Shown one piece after another: positions 43,729 to 58,819 of a stretch of DNA of 64,000 bases. Location: assembly GCA_964057225.1 (NCBI GenBank), contig OZ059900.1:19220001-19284000 (forward strand), given 5' to 3'. Both the position numbers and the translations under genes were made by a program. Source of the stretch: Auanema rhodensis. Its lineage: Eukaryota > Animalia > Nematoda. The first letter of the stretch is position 1. Each line of letters starts with the position of its first letter. A model generated the notes under the pieces. That model was not told the origin of the DNA and did no database searches. It saw nothing but the letters and a program-made list of their open reading frames with translations.

Positions 43729-44412
43729 CCACTTTCACGACAAAAAAACAGGGGTTAGAAAATTAAGGAAATTAGCATATTCTGAGGGCACGCCCCTTAT
43801 GGCTAATATTGATTAAATCGATTTTTGTTCATATGAGTCGTCAAATGCAACGAATTTCAGCGTGTTACATACTAAAATGGAGCATTTTACATGCTGAACA
43901 CTAGAAAAATACAAAAACACAGTATTTCCCATGAGAAATATTTTATCATGCTGGAAAACCAGTTTTTGGAAATTTCGCTGTAAACAAGGTTTTGACTTAC
44001 GATTTCATGTGTTCAAACTCATGCAATGTCAATGAAACCTAGCTCAAAATTGTTTGTACAACGTCTAGTTCCACTTTCACGACAAAAAAACAAGGGTTAG
44101 AAAATTAAGGAAATTAGCATATTCTGAGGGCACGCCCCTTATGGCTAATATTGATTAAATCGATTTTTGTTCATATGAGTCGTCAAATGCAACGAATTTC
44201 AGCGTGTTACATACTAAAGTGAAGCATTTTACATGCTGAACACTAGAAAAATACAAAAACACAGTATTTCCCATGAGAAATATTTTATTATGCTGGAAAA
44301 CCAGTTTTTGGAAATTTCGCTGTAAACAAGGTTTTGACTTACGATTTCATGTGTTCAAACTCATGCAATGTCAATGAAACCTAGCTCAAAATTGTTCGTA
44401 CAACGTCTAGTT

Positions 44413-47148
44413 CCACTTTCACGACAAAAAAACAGGGGTTAGAAAATTAAGGAAATTAGCATATTCTGAGGGCACGCCCCTTATGGCTAATATTGATTAA
44501 ATCGATTTTTGTTCATATGAGTCGTCAAATGCAACGAATTTCAGCGTGTTACATACTAAAATGAAGCATTTTACATGCTGAACACTAGAAGAATACAAAA
44601 ACACAGTATTTCCCATGAGAAATATTTTATTATGCTGGAAAACCAGTTTTTGGAAATTTCGCTGTAAACAAGGTTTTGACTTACGATTTCATGTGTTCAA
44701 ACTCATGCAATGTCAATGAAACCTAGCTCAAAATTGTTCGTACAACGTCTAGTTCCACTTTCACGACAAAAAAACAGGGGTTAGAAAATTAAGGAAATTA
44801 GCATATTCTGAGGGCACGCCCCTTATGGCTAATATTGATTAAATCGATTTTTGTTCATATGAGTCGTCAAATGCAACGAATTTCAGCGTGTTACATACTA
44901 AAATGAAGCATTTTACATGCTGAACACTAGAAAAATACAAAAACACAGTATTTCCCATGAGAAATATTTTATTATGCTGGAAAAGCAGTTTTTGGAAATT
45001 TCGCTGTAAACAAGGTTTTGACTTACGATTTCATGTGTTCAAACTCATGCAATGTCAATGAAACCTAGCTCAAAATTGTTCGTACAACGTCTAGTTCCAC
45101 TTTCACGACAAAAAAACAGGGGTTAGAAAATTAAGGAAATTAGCATATTCTGAGGGCACGCCCCTTATGGCTAATATTGATTAAATCGATTTTTGTTCAT
45201 ATGAGTCGTCAAATGCAACGAATTTCAGCGTGTTACATACTAAAATGAAGCATTTTACATGCTGAACACTAGAAAAATACAAAAACACAGTATTTCCCAT
45301 GAGAAATATTTTATTATGCTGGAAAACCAGTTTTTGGAAATTTCGCTGTAAACAAGGTTTTGACTTACGATTTCATGTGTTCAAACTCATGCAATGTCAA
45401 TGAAACCTAGCTCAAAATTGTTCGTACAACGTCTAGTTCCACTTTCACGACAAAAAAACAGGGGTTAGAAAATTAAGGAAATTAGCATATTCTGAGGGCA
45501 CGCCCCTTATGGCTAATATTGATTAAATCGATTTTTGTTCATATGAGTCGTCAAATGCAACGAATTTCAGCGTGTTACATACTAAAATGAAGCATTTTAC
45601 ATGCTGAACACTAGAAAAATACAAAAACACAGTATTTCCCATGAGAAATATTTTATCATGCTGGAAAACCAGTTTTTGGAAATTTCGCTGTAAACAAGGT
45701 TTTGACTTACGATTTCATGTGTTCAAACTCATGCAATGTCAATGAAACCTAGCTCAAAATTGTTCGTACAACGTCTAGTTCCACTTTCACGACAAAAAAA
45801 CAGGGGTTAGAAAATTAAGGAAATTAGCATATTCTGAGGGCACGCCCCTTATGGCTAATATTGATTAAATCGATTTTTGTTCATATGAGTCGTCAAATGC
45901 AACGAATTTCAGCGTGTTACATACTAAAATGAAGCATTTTACATGCTGAACACTAGAAGAATACAAAAACACAGTATTTCCCATGAGAAATATTTTATTA
46001 TGCTGGAAAACCAGTTTTTGGAAATTTCGCTGTAAACAAGGTTTTGACTTACGATTTCATGTGTTCAAACTCATGCAATGTCAATGAAACCTAGCTCAAA
46101 ATTGTTCGTACAACGTCTAGTTCCACTTTCACGACAAAAAAACAGGGGTTAGAAAATTAAGGAAATTAGCATATTCTGAGGGCACGCCCCTTATGGCTAA
46201 TATTGATTAAATCGATTTTTGTTCATATGAGTCGTCAAATGCAACGAATTTCAGCGTGTTACATACTAAAATGAAGCATTTTACATGCTGAACACTAGAA
46301 AAATACAAAAACACAGTATTTCCCATGAGAAATATTTTATTATGCTGGAAAAGCAGTTTTTGGAAATTTCGCTGTAAACAAGGTTTTGACTTACGATTTC
46401 ATGTGTTCAAACTCATGCAATGTCAATGAAACCTAGCTCAAAATTGTTCGTACAACGTCTAGTTCCACTTTCACGACAAAAAAACAGGGGTTAGAAAATT
46501 AAGGAAATTAGCATATTCTGAGGGCACGCCCCTTATGGCTAATATTGATTAAATCGATTTTTGTTCATATGAGTCGTCAAATGCAACGAATTTCAGCGTG
46601 TTACATACTAAAATGAAGCATTTTACATGCTGAACACTAGAAAAATACAAAAACACAGTATTTCCCATGAGAAATATTTTATTATGCTGGAAAACCAGTT
46701 TTTGGAAATTTCGCTGTAAACAAGGTTTTGACTTACGATTTCATGTGTTCAAACTCATGCAATGTCAATGAAACCTAGCTCAAAATTGTTCGTACAACGT
46801 CTAGTTCCACTTTCACGACAAAAAAACAGGGGTTAGAAAATTAAGGAAATTAGCATATTCTGAGGGCACGCCCCTTATGGCTAATATTGATTAAATCGAT
46901 TTTTGTTCATATGAGTCGTCAAATGCAACGAATTTCAGCGTGTTACATACTAAAATGAAGCATTTTACATGCTGAACACTAGAAAAATACAAAAACACAG
47001 TATTTCCCATGAGAAATATTTTATCATGCTGGAAAACCAGTTTTTGGAAATTTCGCTGTAAACAAGGTTTTGACTTACGATTTCATGTGTTCAAACTCAT
47101 GCAATGTCAATGAAACCTAGCTCAAAATTGTTCGTACAACGTCTAGTT
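44413..47148 (+). repeat. Local 4-monomer HOR (1,368 bp) x2
   Basis: The order AGAAGAAT / AAAAGCAG / consensus / TATCATG starts at 44413 and repeats at 45781. Confidence 0.8.
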
Positions 47149-47490
47149 CCACTTTCACGACAAAAAAACAGGGGTTAGAAAATTAAGGAAATTAGCATAT
47201 TCTGAGGGCACGCCCCTTATGGCTAATATTGATTAAATCGATTTTTGTTCATATGAGTCGTCAAATGCAACGAATTTCAGCGTGTTACATACTAAAATAA
47301 AGCATTTTACATGCTGAACACTAGAAAAATACAAAAACACAGTATTTCCCATGAGAAATATTTTATCATGCTGGAAAACCAGTTTTTGGAAATTTCGCTG
47401 TAAACAAGGTTTTGACTTACGATTTCATGTGTTCAAACTCATGCAATGTCAATGAAACCTAGCTCAAAATTGTTTGTACAACGTCTAGTT

Positions 47491-49542
47491 CCACTTTCAC
47501 GACAAAAAAACAAGGGTTAGAAAATTAAGGAAATTAGCATATTCTGAGGGCACGCCCCTTATGGCTAATATTGATTAAATCGATTTTTGTTCATATGAGT
47601 CGTCAAATGCAACGAATTTCAGCGTGTTACATACTAAAATGAAGCATTTTACATGCTGAACACTAGAAAAATACAAAAACACAGTATTTCCCATGAGAAA
47701 TATTTTATTATGCTGGAAAACCAGTTTTTGGAAATTTCGCTGTAAACAAGGTTTTGACTTACGATTTCATGTGTTCAAACTCATGCAATGTCAATGTAAC
47801 CTAGCTCAAAATTGTTCGTACAACGTCTAGTTCCACTTTCACGACAAAAAAACAGGGGTTAGAAAATTAAGGAAATTAGCATATTCTGAGGGCACGCCCC
47901 TTATGGCTAATATTGATTAAATCGATTTTTGTTCATATGAGTCGTCAAATGCAACGAATTTCAGCGTGTTACATACTAAAATGAAGCATTTTACATGCTG
48001 AACACTAGAAAAATACAAAAACACAGTATTTCTCATGAGAAATATTTTATTATGCTGGAAAACCAGTTTTTGGAAATTTCGCTGTAAACAAGGTTTTGAC
48101 TTACGATTTCATGTGTTCAAACTCATGCAATGTCAATGAAACCTAGCTCAAAATTGTTCGTACAACGTCTAGTTCCACTTTCACGACAAAAAAACAGGGG
48201 TTAGAAAATTAAGGAAATTAGCATATTCTGAGGGCACGCCCCTTATGGCTAATATTGATTAAATTGATTTTTGTTCATATGAGTCGTCAAATGCAACGAA
48301 TTTCAGCGTGTTACATACTAAAATGAAGCATTTTACATGCTGAACACTAGAAAAATACAAAAACACAGTATTTCCCATGAGAAATATTTTATCATGCTGG
48401 AAAACCAGTTTTTGGAAATTTCGCTGTAAACAAGGTTTTGACTTACGATTTCATGTGTTCAAACTCATGCAATGTCAATGAAACCTAGCTCAAAATTGTT
48501 TGTACAACGTCTAGTTCCACTTTCACGACAAAAAAACAAGGGTTAGAAAATTAAGGAAATTAGCATATTCTGAGGGCACGCCCCTTATGGCTAATATTGA
48601 TTAAATCGATTTTTGTTCATATGAGTCGTCAAATGCAACGAATTTCAGCGTGTTACATACTAAAATGAAGCATTTTACATGCTGAACACTAGAAAAATAC
48701 AAAAACACAGTATTTCCCATGAGAAATATTTTATTATGCTGGAAAACCAGTTTTTGGAAATTTCGCTGTAAACAAGGTTTTGACTTACGATTTCATGTGT
48801 TCAAACTCATGCAATGTCAATGTAACCTAGCTCAAAATTGTTCGTACAACGTCTAGTTCCACTTTCACGACAAAAAAACAGGGGTTAGAAAATTAAGGAA
48901 ATTAGCATATTCTGAGGGCACGCCCCTTATGGCTAATATTGATTAAATCGATTTTTGTTCATATGAGTCGTCAAATGCAACGAATTTCAGCGTGTTACAT
49001 ACTAAAATGAAGCATTTTACATGCTGAACACTAGAAAAATACAAAAACACAGTATTTCTCATGAGAAATATTTTATTATGCTGGAAAACCAGTTTTTGGA
49101 AATTTCGCTGTAAACAAGGTTTTGACTTACGATTTCATGTGTTCAAACTCATGCAATGTCAATGAAACCTAGCTCAAAATTGTTCGTACAACGTCTAGTT
49201 CCACTTTCACGACAAAAAAACAGGGGTTAGAAAATTAAGGAAATTAGCATATTCTGAGGGCACGCCCCTTATGGCTAATATTGATTAAATTGATTTTTGT
49301 TCATATGAGTCGTCAAATGCAACGAATTTCAGCGTGTTACATACTAAAATGAAGCATTTTACATGCTGAACACTAGAAAAATACAAAAACACAGTATTTC
49401 CCATGAGAAATATTTTATCATGCTGGAAAACCAGTTTTTGGAAATTTCGCTGTAAACAAGGTTTTGACTTACGATTTCATGTGTTCAAACTCATGCAATG
49501 TCAATGAAACCTAGCTCAAAATTGTTTGTACAACGTCTAGTT
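47491..49542 (+). repeat. Local 3-monomer HOR (1,026 bp) x2
   Basis: The order CAAGGG + TGTAACC / TTTCTCAT / AAATTGAT + TATCATG + TTTGTAC starts at 47491 and repeats at 48517. Confidence 0.8.
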
Positions 49543-50226
49543 CCACTTTCACGACAAAAAAACAAGGGTTAGAAAATTAAGGAAATTAGCATATTCTGAG
49601 GGCACGCCCCTTATGGCTAATATTGATTAAATCGATTTTTGTTCATATGAGTCGTCAAATGCAACGAATTTCAGCGTGTTACATACTAAAATGAAGCATT
49701 TTACATGCTGAACACTAGAAAAATACAAAAACACAGTATTTCCCATGAGAAATATTTTATCATGCTGGAAAACCAGTTTTTGGAAATTTCGCTGTAAACA
49801 AGGTTTTGACTTACGATTTCATGTGTTCAAACTCATGCAATGTCAATGAAACCTAGCTCAAAATTGTTTGTACAACGTCTAGTTCCACTTTCACGACAAA
49901 AAAACAAGGGTTAGAAAATTAAGGAAATTAGCATATTCTGAGGGCACGCCCCTTATGGCTAATATTGATTAAATCGATTTTTGTTCATATGAGTCGTCAA
50001 ATGCAACGAATTTCAGCGTGTTACAAACTAAAATGAAGCATTTTACATGCTGAACACTAGAAGAATACAAAAACACAGTATTTCCCATGAGAAATATTTT
50101 ATTATGCTGGAAAACCAGTTTTTGGAAATTTCGCTGTAAACAAGGTTTTGACTTACGATTTCATGTGTTCAAACTCATGCAATGTCAATGAAACCTAGCT
50201 CAAAATTGTTCGTACAACGTCTAGTT

Positions 50227-50567
50227 CCACTTTCACGACAAAAAAACAGGGGTTAGAAAATTAAGGAAATTAGCAATTCTGAGGGCACGCCCCTTATGGC
50301 TAATATTGATTAAATCGATTTTTGTTCATATGATTCGTCAAATGCAACGAATTTTAGCGTGTTACATACTAAAATGAAGCATTTTACATGCTGAACACTA
50401 GAAAAAAACAAAAACACAGTATTTCCCATGAGAAATATTTTATTATGCTGGAAAACCAGTTTTTGGAAATTTCGCTGTAAACAAGGTTTTGACTTACGAT
50501 TTCATGTGTTCAAACTCATGCAATGTCAATGAAACTTAGCTCAAAATTGTTCGTACAACGTCTAGTT
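50227..50567 (+). repeat. Diverged 341-bp monomer (1-bp deletion plus 4 substitutions)
   Basis: Carries TAGCAATTCT (T lost), ATGATTCG, ATTTTAGC, GAAAAAAACA and AAACTTAGC; shifts the array phase by -1. Confidence 0.9.
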
Positions 50568-53500
50568 CCACTTTCACGACAAAAAAACAGGGGTTAGAAA
50601 ATTAAGGAAATTAGCATATTCTGAGGGCACGCCCCTTATGGCTAATATTGATTAAATCGATTTTTGTTCATATGAGTCGTCAAATGCAACGAATTTCAGC
50701 GTGTTACATACTAAAATGAAGCATTTTACATGCTGAACACTAGAAAAATACAAAAACACAGTATATCCCATGAGAAATATTTTATTATGCTGGAAAACCA
50801 GTTTTTGGAAATTTCGCTGTAAACAAGGTTTTGACTTACGATTTCATGTGTTCAAACTCATGTAATGTCAATGAAACCTAGCTCAAAATTGTTCGTACAA
50901 CGTCTAGTTCCACTTTCACGACAAAAAAACAGGGGTTAGAAAATTAAGGAAATTAGCATATTCTGAGGGCACGCCCCTTATGGCTAATATTGATTAAATC
51001 GATTTTTGTTCATATGAGTCGTCAAATGCAACGAATTTCAGCGTGTTACATACTAAAATGAAGCATTTTACATGCTGAACACTAGAAAAATACAAAAACA
51101 CAGTATATCTCATGAGAAATATTTTATTATGCTGGAAAACCAGTTTTTGGAAATTTCGCTGTAAACAAGGTTTTGACTTACGATTTCATGTGTTCAAACT
51201 CATGCAATGTCAATGAAACCTAGCTCAAAATTGTTTGTACAACGTCTAGTTCCACTTTCACGACAAAAAAACAGGGGTTAGAAAATTAAGGAAATTAGCA
51301 TATTCTGAGGGCACGCCCCTTATGGCTAATATTGATTAAATCGATTTTTGTTCATATGAGTCGTCAAATGCAACGAATTTCAGCGTGTTACATACTAAAA
51401 TGAAGCATTTTACATGCTGAACACTAGAAAAATACAAAAACACAGTATTTCCCATGAGAAATATTTTATTATGCTGGAAAACCAGTTTTTGGAAATTTCG
51501 CTGTAAACAAGGTTTTGACTTACGATTTCATGTGTTCAAACTCATGCAATGTCAATGAAACCTAGCTCAAAATTGTTCGTACAACGTCTAGTTCCACTTT
51601 CACGACAAAAAAACAGGGGTTAGAAAATTAAGGAAATTAGCATATTCTGAGGGCACGGCCCTTATGGCTAATATTGATTAAATCGATTTTTGTTCATATG
51701 AGTCGTCAAATGCAACGAATTTCAGCGTGTTACATACTAAAATGAAGCATTTTACATGCTGAACACTAGAAAAATACAAAAACACAGTATTTCTCATGAG
51801 AAATATTTTATTATGCTGGAAAACCAGTTTTTGGAAATTTCGCTGTAAACAAGGTTTTGACTTACGATTTCATGTTTTCAAACTCATGCAATGTCAATGA
51901 AACCTAGCTCAAAGTTGTTTGTACAACGTCTAGTTCCACTTTCACGACAAAAAAACAGGGGTTAGAAAATTAAGGAAATTAGCATATTCTGAGGGCACGC
52001 CCCTTATGGCTAATATTGATTAAATCGATTTTTGTTCATATGAGTCGTCAAATGCAACGAATTTCAGCGTGTTACATACTAAAATGAAGCATTTTACATG
52101 CTGAACACTAGAAAAATACAAAAACACAGTATTTCCCATGAGAAATATTTTATTATGCTGGAAAACCAGTTTTTGGAAATTTCGCTGTAAACAAGGTTTT
52201 GACTTACGATTTCATGTGTTCAAACTCATGCAATGTCAATGAAACCTAGCTCAAAATTGTTCGTACAACGTCTAGTTCCACTTTCACGACAAAAAAACAG
52301 GGGTTAGAAAATTAAGGAAATTAGCATATTCTGAGGGCACGCCCCTTATGGCTAATATTGATTAAATCGATTTTTGTTCATATGAGTCGTCAAATGCAAC
52401 GAATTTCAGCGTGTTACATACTAAAATGAAGCATTTTACATGCTGAACACTAGAAGAATACAAAAACACAGTATTTCCCATGAGAAATATTTTATTATGC
52501 TGGAAAACCAGTTTTTGGAAATTTCGCTGTAAACAAGGTTTTGACTTACGATTTCATGTGTTCAAACTCATGCAATGTCAATGAAACCTAGCTCAAAATT
52601 GTTCGTACAACGTCTAGTTCCACTTTCACGACAAAAAAACAGGGGTTAGAAAATTAAGGAAATTAGCATATTCTGAGGGCACGCCCCTTATGGCTAATAT
52701 TGATTAAATCGATTTTTGTTCATATGAGTCGTCAAATGCAACGAATTTCAGCGTGTTACATACTAAAATGAAGCATTTTACATGCTGAACACTAGAAAAA
52801 TACAAAAACACAGTATTTCCCATGAGAAATATTTTATTATGCTGGAAAACCAGTTTTTGGAAATTTCGCTGTAAACAAGGTTTTGACTTACGATTTCATG
52901 TGTTCAAACTCATGCAATGTCAATGAAACCTAGCTCAAAATTGTTCGTACAACGTCTAGTTCCACTTTCACGACAAAAAAACAGGGGTTAGAAAATTAAG
53001 GAAATTAGCATATTCTGAGGGCACGCCCCTTATGGCTAATATTGATTAAATCGATTTTTGTTCATATGAGTCGTCAAATGCAACGAATTTCAGCGTGTTA
53101 CATACTAAAATGAAGCATTTTACATGCTGAACACTAGAAAAAAACAAAAACACAGTATTTCCCATGAGAAATATTTTATTATGCTGGAAAACCAGTTTTT
53201 GGAAATTTCGCTGTAAACAAGGTTTTGACTTACGATTTCATGTGTTCAAACTCATGCAATGTCAATGAAACTTAGCTCAAAATTGTTCGTACAACGTCTA
53301 GTTCCACTTTCACGACAAAAAAACAGGGGTTAGAAAATTAAGGAAATTAGCATATTCTGAGGGCACGCCCCTTATGGCTAATATTGATTAAATCGATTTT
53401 TGTTCATATGAGTCGTCAAATGCAACGAATTTCAGCGTGTTACATACTAAAATGAAGCATTTTACATGCTGAACACTAGAAAAATACAAAAACACAGTAT

Positions 53501-53987
53501 TTCCCATGAGAAATATTTTATTATGCTGGAAAACCAGTTTTTGGAAATTTCGCTGTAAACAAGGTTTTGACTTACGATTTCATGTGTTCAAACTCATGCA
53601 ATGTCAATGAAACCTAGCTCAAAATTGTTCGTACAACGTCTAGTTCCACTTTCACGACAAAAAAACAGGGGTTAGAAAATTAAGGAAATTAGCATATTCT
53701 GAGGGCACGCCCCTTATGGCTAATATTGATTAAATCGATTTTTGTTCATATGAGTCGTCAAATGCAACGAATTTCAGCGTGTTACATACTGAAATGAAGC
53801 ATTTTACATGCTGAACACTAGAAAAAAACAAAAACACGGTATTTCAAATGAGAAATATTTTATTATGCTGGAAAACCAGTTTTTGGAAATTTCGCTGTAA
53901 ACAAGGTTTTGACTTACGATTTCATGTGTTCAAACTCATGCAATGTCAATGAAACTTAGCTCAAAATTGTTCGTACAACGTCTAGTT

Positions 53988-56900
53988 CCACTTTCACGAC
54001 AAAAAAACAGGGGTTAGAAAATTAAGGAAATTAGCATATTCTGAGGGCACGCCCCTTATGGCTAATATTGATTAAATCGATTTTTGTTCATATGAGTCGT
54101 CAAATGCAACGAATTTCAGCGTGTTACATACTAAAATGAAGCATTTTACATGCTGAACACTAGAAAAATACAAAAACACAGTATTTCCCATGAGAAATAT
54201 TTTATTATGCTGGAAAACCAGTTTTTGGAAATTTCGCTGTAAACAAGGTTTTGACTTACGATTTCATGTGTTCAAACTCATGCAATGTCAATGAAACCTA
54301 GCTCAAAATTGTTCGTACAACGTCTAGTTCCACTTTCACGACAAAAAAACAGGGGTTAGAAAATTAAGGAAATTAGCATATTCTGAGGGCACGCCCCTTA
54401 TGGCTAATATTGATTAAATCGATTTTTGTTCATATGAGTCGTCAAATGCAACGAATTTCAGCGTGTTACATACTAAAATGAAGCATTTTACATGCTGAAC
54501 ACTAGAAAAATACAAAAACACAGTATTTCTCATGAGAAATATTTTATTATGCTGGAAAACCAGTTTTTGGAAATTTCGCTGTAAACAAGGTTTTGACTTA
54601 CGATTTCATGTGTTCAAACTCATGCAATGTCAATGAAACCTAGCTCAAAATTGTTTGTACAACGTCTAGTTCCACTTTCACGACAAAAAAACAGGGGTTA
54701 GAAAATTAAGGAAATTAGCATATTCTGAGGGCACGCCCCTTATGGCTAATATTGATTAAATCGATTTTTGTTCATATGAGTCGTCAAATGCAACGAATTT
54801 CAGCGTGTTACATACTAAAATGAAGCATTTTACATGCTGAACACTAGAAAAATACAAAAACACAGTATTTCCCATGAGAAATATTTTATTATGCTGGAAA
54901 AGCAGTTTTTGGAAATTTCGCTGTAAACAAGGTTTTGACTTACGATTTCATGTGTTCAAACTCATGCAATGTCAATGAAACCTAGCTCAAAATTGTTCGT
55001 ACAACGTCTAGTTCCACTTTCACGACAAAAAAACAGGGGTTAGAAAATTAAGGAAATTAGCATATTCTGAGGGCACGCCCCTTATGGCTAATATTGATTA
55101 AATCGATTTTTGTTCATATGAGTCGTCAAATGCAACGAATTTCAGCGTGTTACATACTAAAATGAAGCATTTTACATGCTGAACACTAGAAAAATACAAA
55201 AACACAGTATTTCTCATGAGAAATATTTTATTATGCTGGAAAACCAGTTTTTGGAAATTTCGCTGTAAACAAGGTTTTGACTTACGATTTCATGTGTTCA
55301 AACTCATGCAATGTCAATGAAACCTAGCTCAAAATTGTTTGTACAACGTCTAGTTCCACTTTCACGACAAAAAAACAGGGGTTAGAAAATTAAGGAAATT
55401 AGCATATTCTGAGGGCACGCCCCTTATGGCTAATATTGATTAAATCGATTTTTGTTCATATGAGTCGTCAAATGCAACGAATTTCAGCGTGTTACATACT
55501 AAAATGAAGCATTTTACATGCTGAACACTAGAAAAATACAAAAACACAGTATTTCCCATGAGAAATATTTTATTATGCTGGAAAACCAGTTTTTGGAAAT
55601 TTCGCTGTAAACAAGGTTTTGACTTACGATTTCATGTGTTCAAACTCATGCAATGTCAATGAAACCTAGCTCAAAATTGTTCGTACAACGTCTAGTTCCA
55701 CTTTCACGACAAAAAAACAGGGGTTAGAAAATTAAGGAAATTAGCATATTCTGAGGGCACGCCCCTTATGGCTAATATTGATTAAATCGATTTTTGTTCA
55801 TATGAGTCGTCAAATGCAACGAATTTCAGCGTGTTACATACTAAAATGAAGCATTTTACATGCTGAACACTAGAAAAATACAAAAACACAGTATTTCTCA
55901 TGAGAAATATTTTATTATGCTGGAAAACCAGTTTTTGGAAATTTCGCTGTAAACAAGGTTTTGACTTACGATTTCATGTGTTCAAACTCATGCAATGTCA
56001 ATGAAACCTAGCTCAAAATTGTTTGTACAACGTCTAGTTCCACTTTCACGACAAAAAAACAGGGGTTAGAAAATTAAGGAAATTAGCATATTCTGAGGGC
56101 ACGCCCCTTATGGCTAATATTGATTAAATCGATTTTTGTTCATATGAGTCGTCAAATGCAACGAATTTCAGCGTGTTACATACTAAAATGAAGCATTTTA
56201 CATGCTGAACACTAGAAAAATACAAAAACACAGTATTTCCCATGAGAAATATTTTATTATGCTGGAAAAGCAGTTTTTGGAAATTTCGCTGTAAACAAGG
56301 TTTTGACTTACGATTTCATGTGTTCAAACTCATGCAATGTCAATGAAACCTAGCTCAAAATTGTTCGTACAACGTCTAGTTCCACTTTCACGACAAAAAA
56401 ACAGGGGTTAGAAAATTAAGGAAATTAGCATATTCTGAGGGCACGCCCCTTATGGCTAATATTGATTAAATCGATTTTTGTTCATATGAGTCGTCAAATG
56501 CAACGAATTTCAGCGTGTTACATACTAAAATGAAGCATTTTACATGCTGAACACTAGAAAAATACAAAAACACAGTATTTCTCATGAGAAATATTTTATT
56601 ATGCTGGAAAACCAGTTTTTGGAAATTTCGCTGTAAACAAGGTTTTGACTTACGATTTCATGTGTTCAAACTCATGCAATGTCAATGAAACCTAGCTCAA
56701 AATTGTTTGTACAACGTCTAGTTCCACTTTCACGACAAAAAAACAGGGGGTAGAAAATTAAGGAAATTAGCATATTCTGAGGGCACGCCCCTTATGGCTA
56801 ATATTGATTAAATCGATTTTTGTTCATATGAGTCGTCAAATGCAACGAATTTCAGCGTGTTACATACTAAAATGAAGCATTTTACATGCTGAACACTAGA

Positions 56901-58091
56901 AAAATACAAAAACACAGTATTTCCCATGAGAAATATTTTATTATGCTGGAAAACCAGTTTTTGGAAATTTCGCTGTAAACAAGGTTTTGACTTACGATTT
57001 CATGTGTTCAAACTCATGCAATGTCAATGAAACCTAGCTCAAAATTGTTCGTACAACGTCTAGTTCCACTTTCACGACAAAAAAACAGGGGTTAGAAAAT
57101 TAAGGAAATTAGCATATTCTGAGGGCACGCCCCTTATGGCTAATATTGATTAAATCGATTTTTGTTCATATGAGTCGTCAAATGCAACGAATTTCAGCGT
57201 GTTACATACTAAAATGAAGCATTTTACATGCTGAACACTAGAAAAATACAAAAACACAGTATTTCTCATGAGAAATATTTTATTATGCTGGAAAACCAGT
57301 TTTTGGAAATTTCGCTGTAAACAAGGTTTTGACTTACGATTTCATGTGTTCAAACTCATGCAATGTCAATGAAACCTAGCTCAAAATTGTTTGTACAACG
57401 TCTAGTTCCACTTTCACGACAAAAAAACAGGGGTTAGAAAATTAAGGAAATTAGCATATTCTGAGGGCACGCCCCTTATGGCTAATATTGATTAAATCGA
57501 TTTTTGTTCATATGAGTCGTCAAATGCAACGAATTTCAGCGTGTTACATACTAAAATGAAGCATTTTACATGCTGAACACTAGAAAAATACAAAAACACA
57601 GTATTTCCCATGAGAAATATTTTATTATGCTGGAAAAGCAGTTTTTGGAAATTTCGCTGTAAACAAGGTTTTGACTTACGATTTCATGTGTTCAAACTCA
57701 TGCAATGTCAATGAAACCTAGCTCAAAATTGTTCGTACAACGTCTAGTTCCACTTTCACGACAAAAAAACAGGGGTTAGAAAATTAAGGAAATTAGCATA
57801 TTCTGAGGGCACGCCCCTTATGGCTAATATTGATTAAATCGATTTTTGTTCATATGAGTCGTCAAATGCAACGAATTTCAGCGTGTTACATACTAAAATG
57901 AAGCATTTTACATGCTGAACACTAGAAAAATACAAAAACACAGTATTTCTCATGAGAAATATTTTATTATGCTGGAAAACCAGTTTTTGGAAATTTCGCT
58001 GTAAACAAGGTTTTGACTTACGATTTCATGTGTTCAAACTCATGCAATGTCAATGAAACCTAGCTCAAAATTGTTTGTACAACGTCTAGTT
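53988..58091 (+). repeat. Dimer-within-tetramer HOR (1,368 bp) x3
   Basis: TTTCTCAT + TTTGTAC monomers occur every 684 bp (54330, 55014, 55698, 56382, 57066, 57750). AAAAGCAG monomers occur every 1,368 bp (54672, 56040, 57408). Confidence 0.85.
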
Positions 58092-58819
58092 CCACTTTCA
58101 CGACAAAAAAACAGGGGTTAGAAAATTAAGGAAATTAGCATATTCTGAGGGCACGCCCCTTATGGCTAATATTGATTAAATCGATTTTTGTTCATATGAG
58201 TCGTCAAATGCAACGAATTTCAGCGTGTTACATACTAAAATGAAGCATTTTACATGCTGAACACTAGAAAAATACAAAAACACAGTATTTCCCATGAGAA
58301 ATATTTTATCATGCTGGAAAACCAGTTTTTGGAAATTTCGCTGTAAACAAGGTTTTGACTTACGATTTCATGTGTTCAAACTCATGCAATGTCAATGAAA
58401 CCTAGCTCAAAATTGTTTGTACAACGTCTAGTTCCACTTTCACGACAAAAAAACAGGGGTTAGAAAATTAAGGAAATTAGCATATTCTGAGGGCACGCCC
58501 CTTATGGCTAATATTGATTAAATCGATTTTTGTTCATATGAGTCGTCAAATGCAACGAATTTCAGCGTGTTACATACTAAAATGAAGCATTTTACATGCT
58601 GAACACTAGAAAAATACAAAAACACAGTATTTCCCATGAGAAATATTTTATCATGCTGGAAAACCAGTTTTTGGAAATTTCGCTGTAAACAAGGTTTTGA
58701 CTTACGATTTCATGTGTTCAAACTCATGCAATGTCAATGAAACCTAGCTCAAAATTGTTCGCACAACGTCTAGTTCCACTTTCACGACAAAAAAACAGGG
58801 GTTAGAAAAAAAGAAAAAA

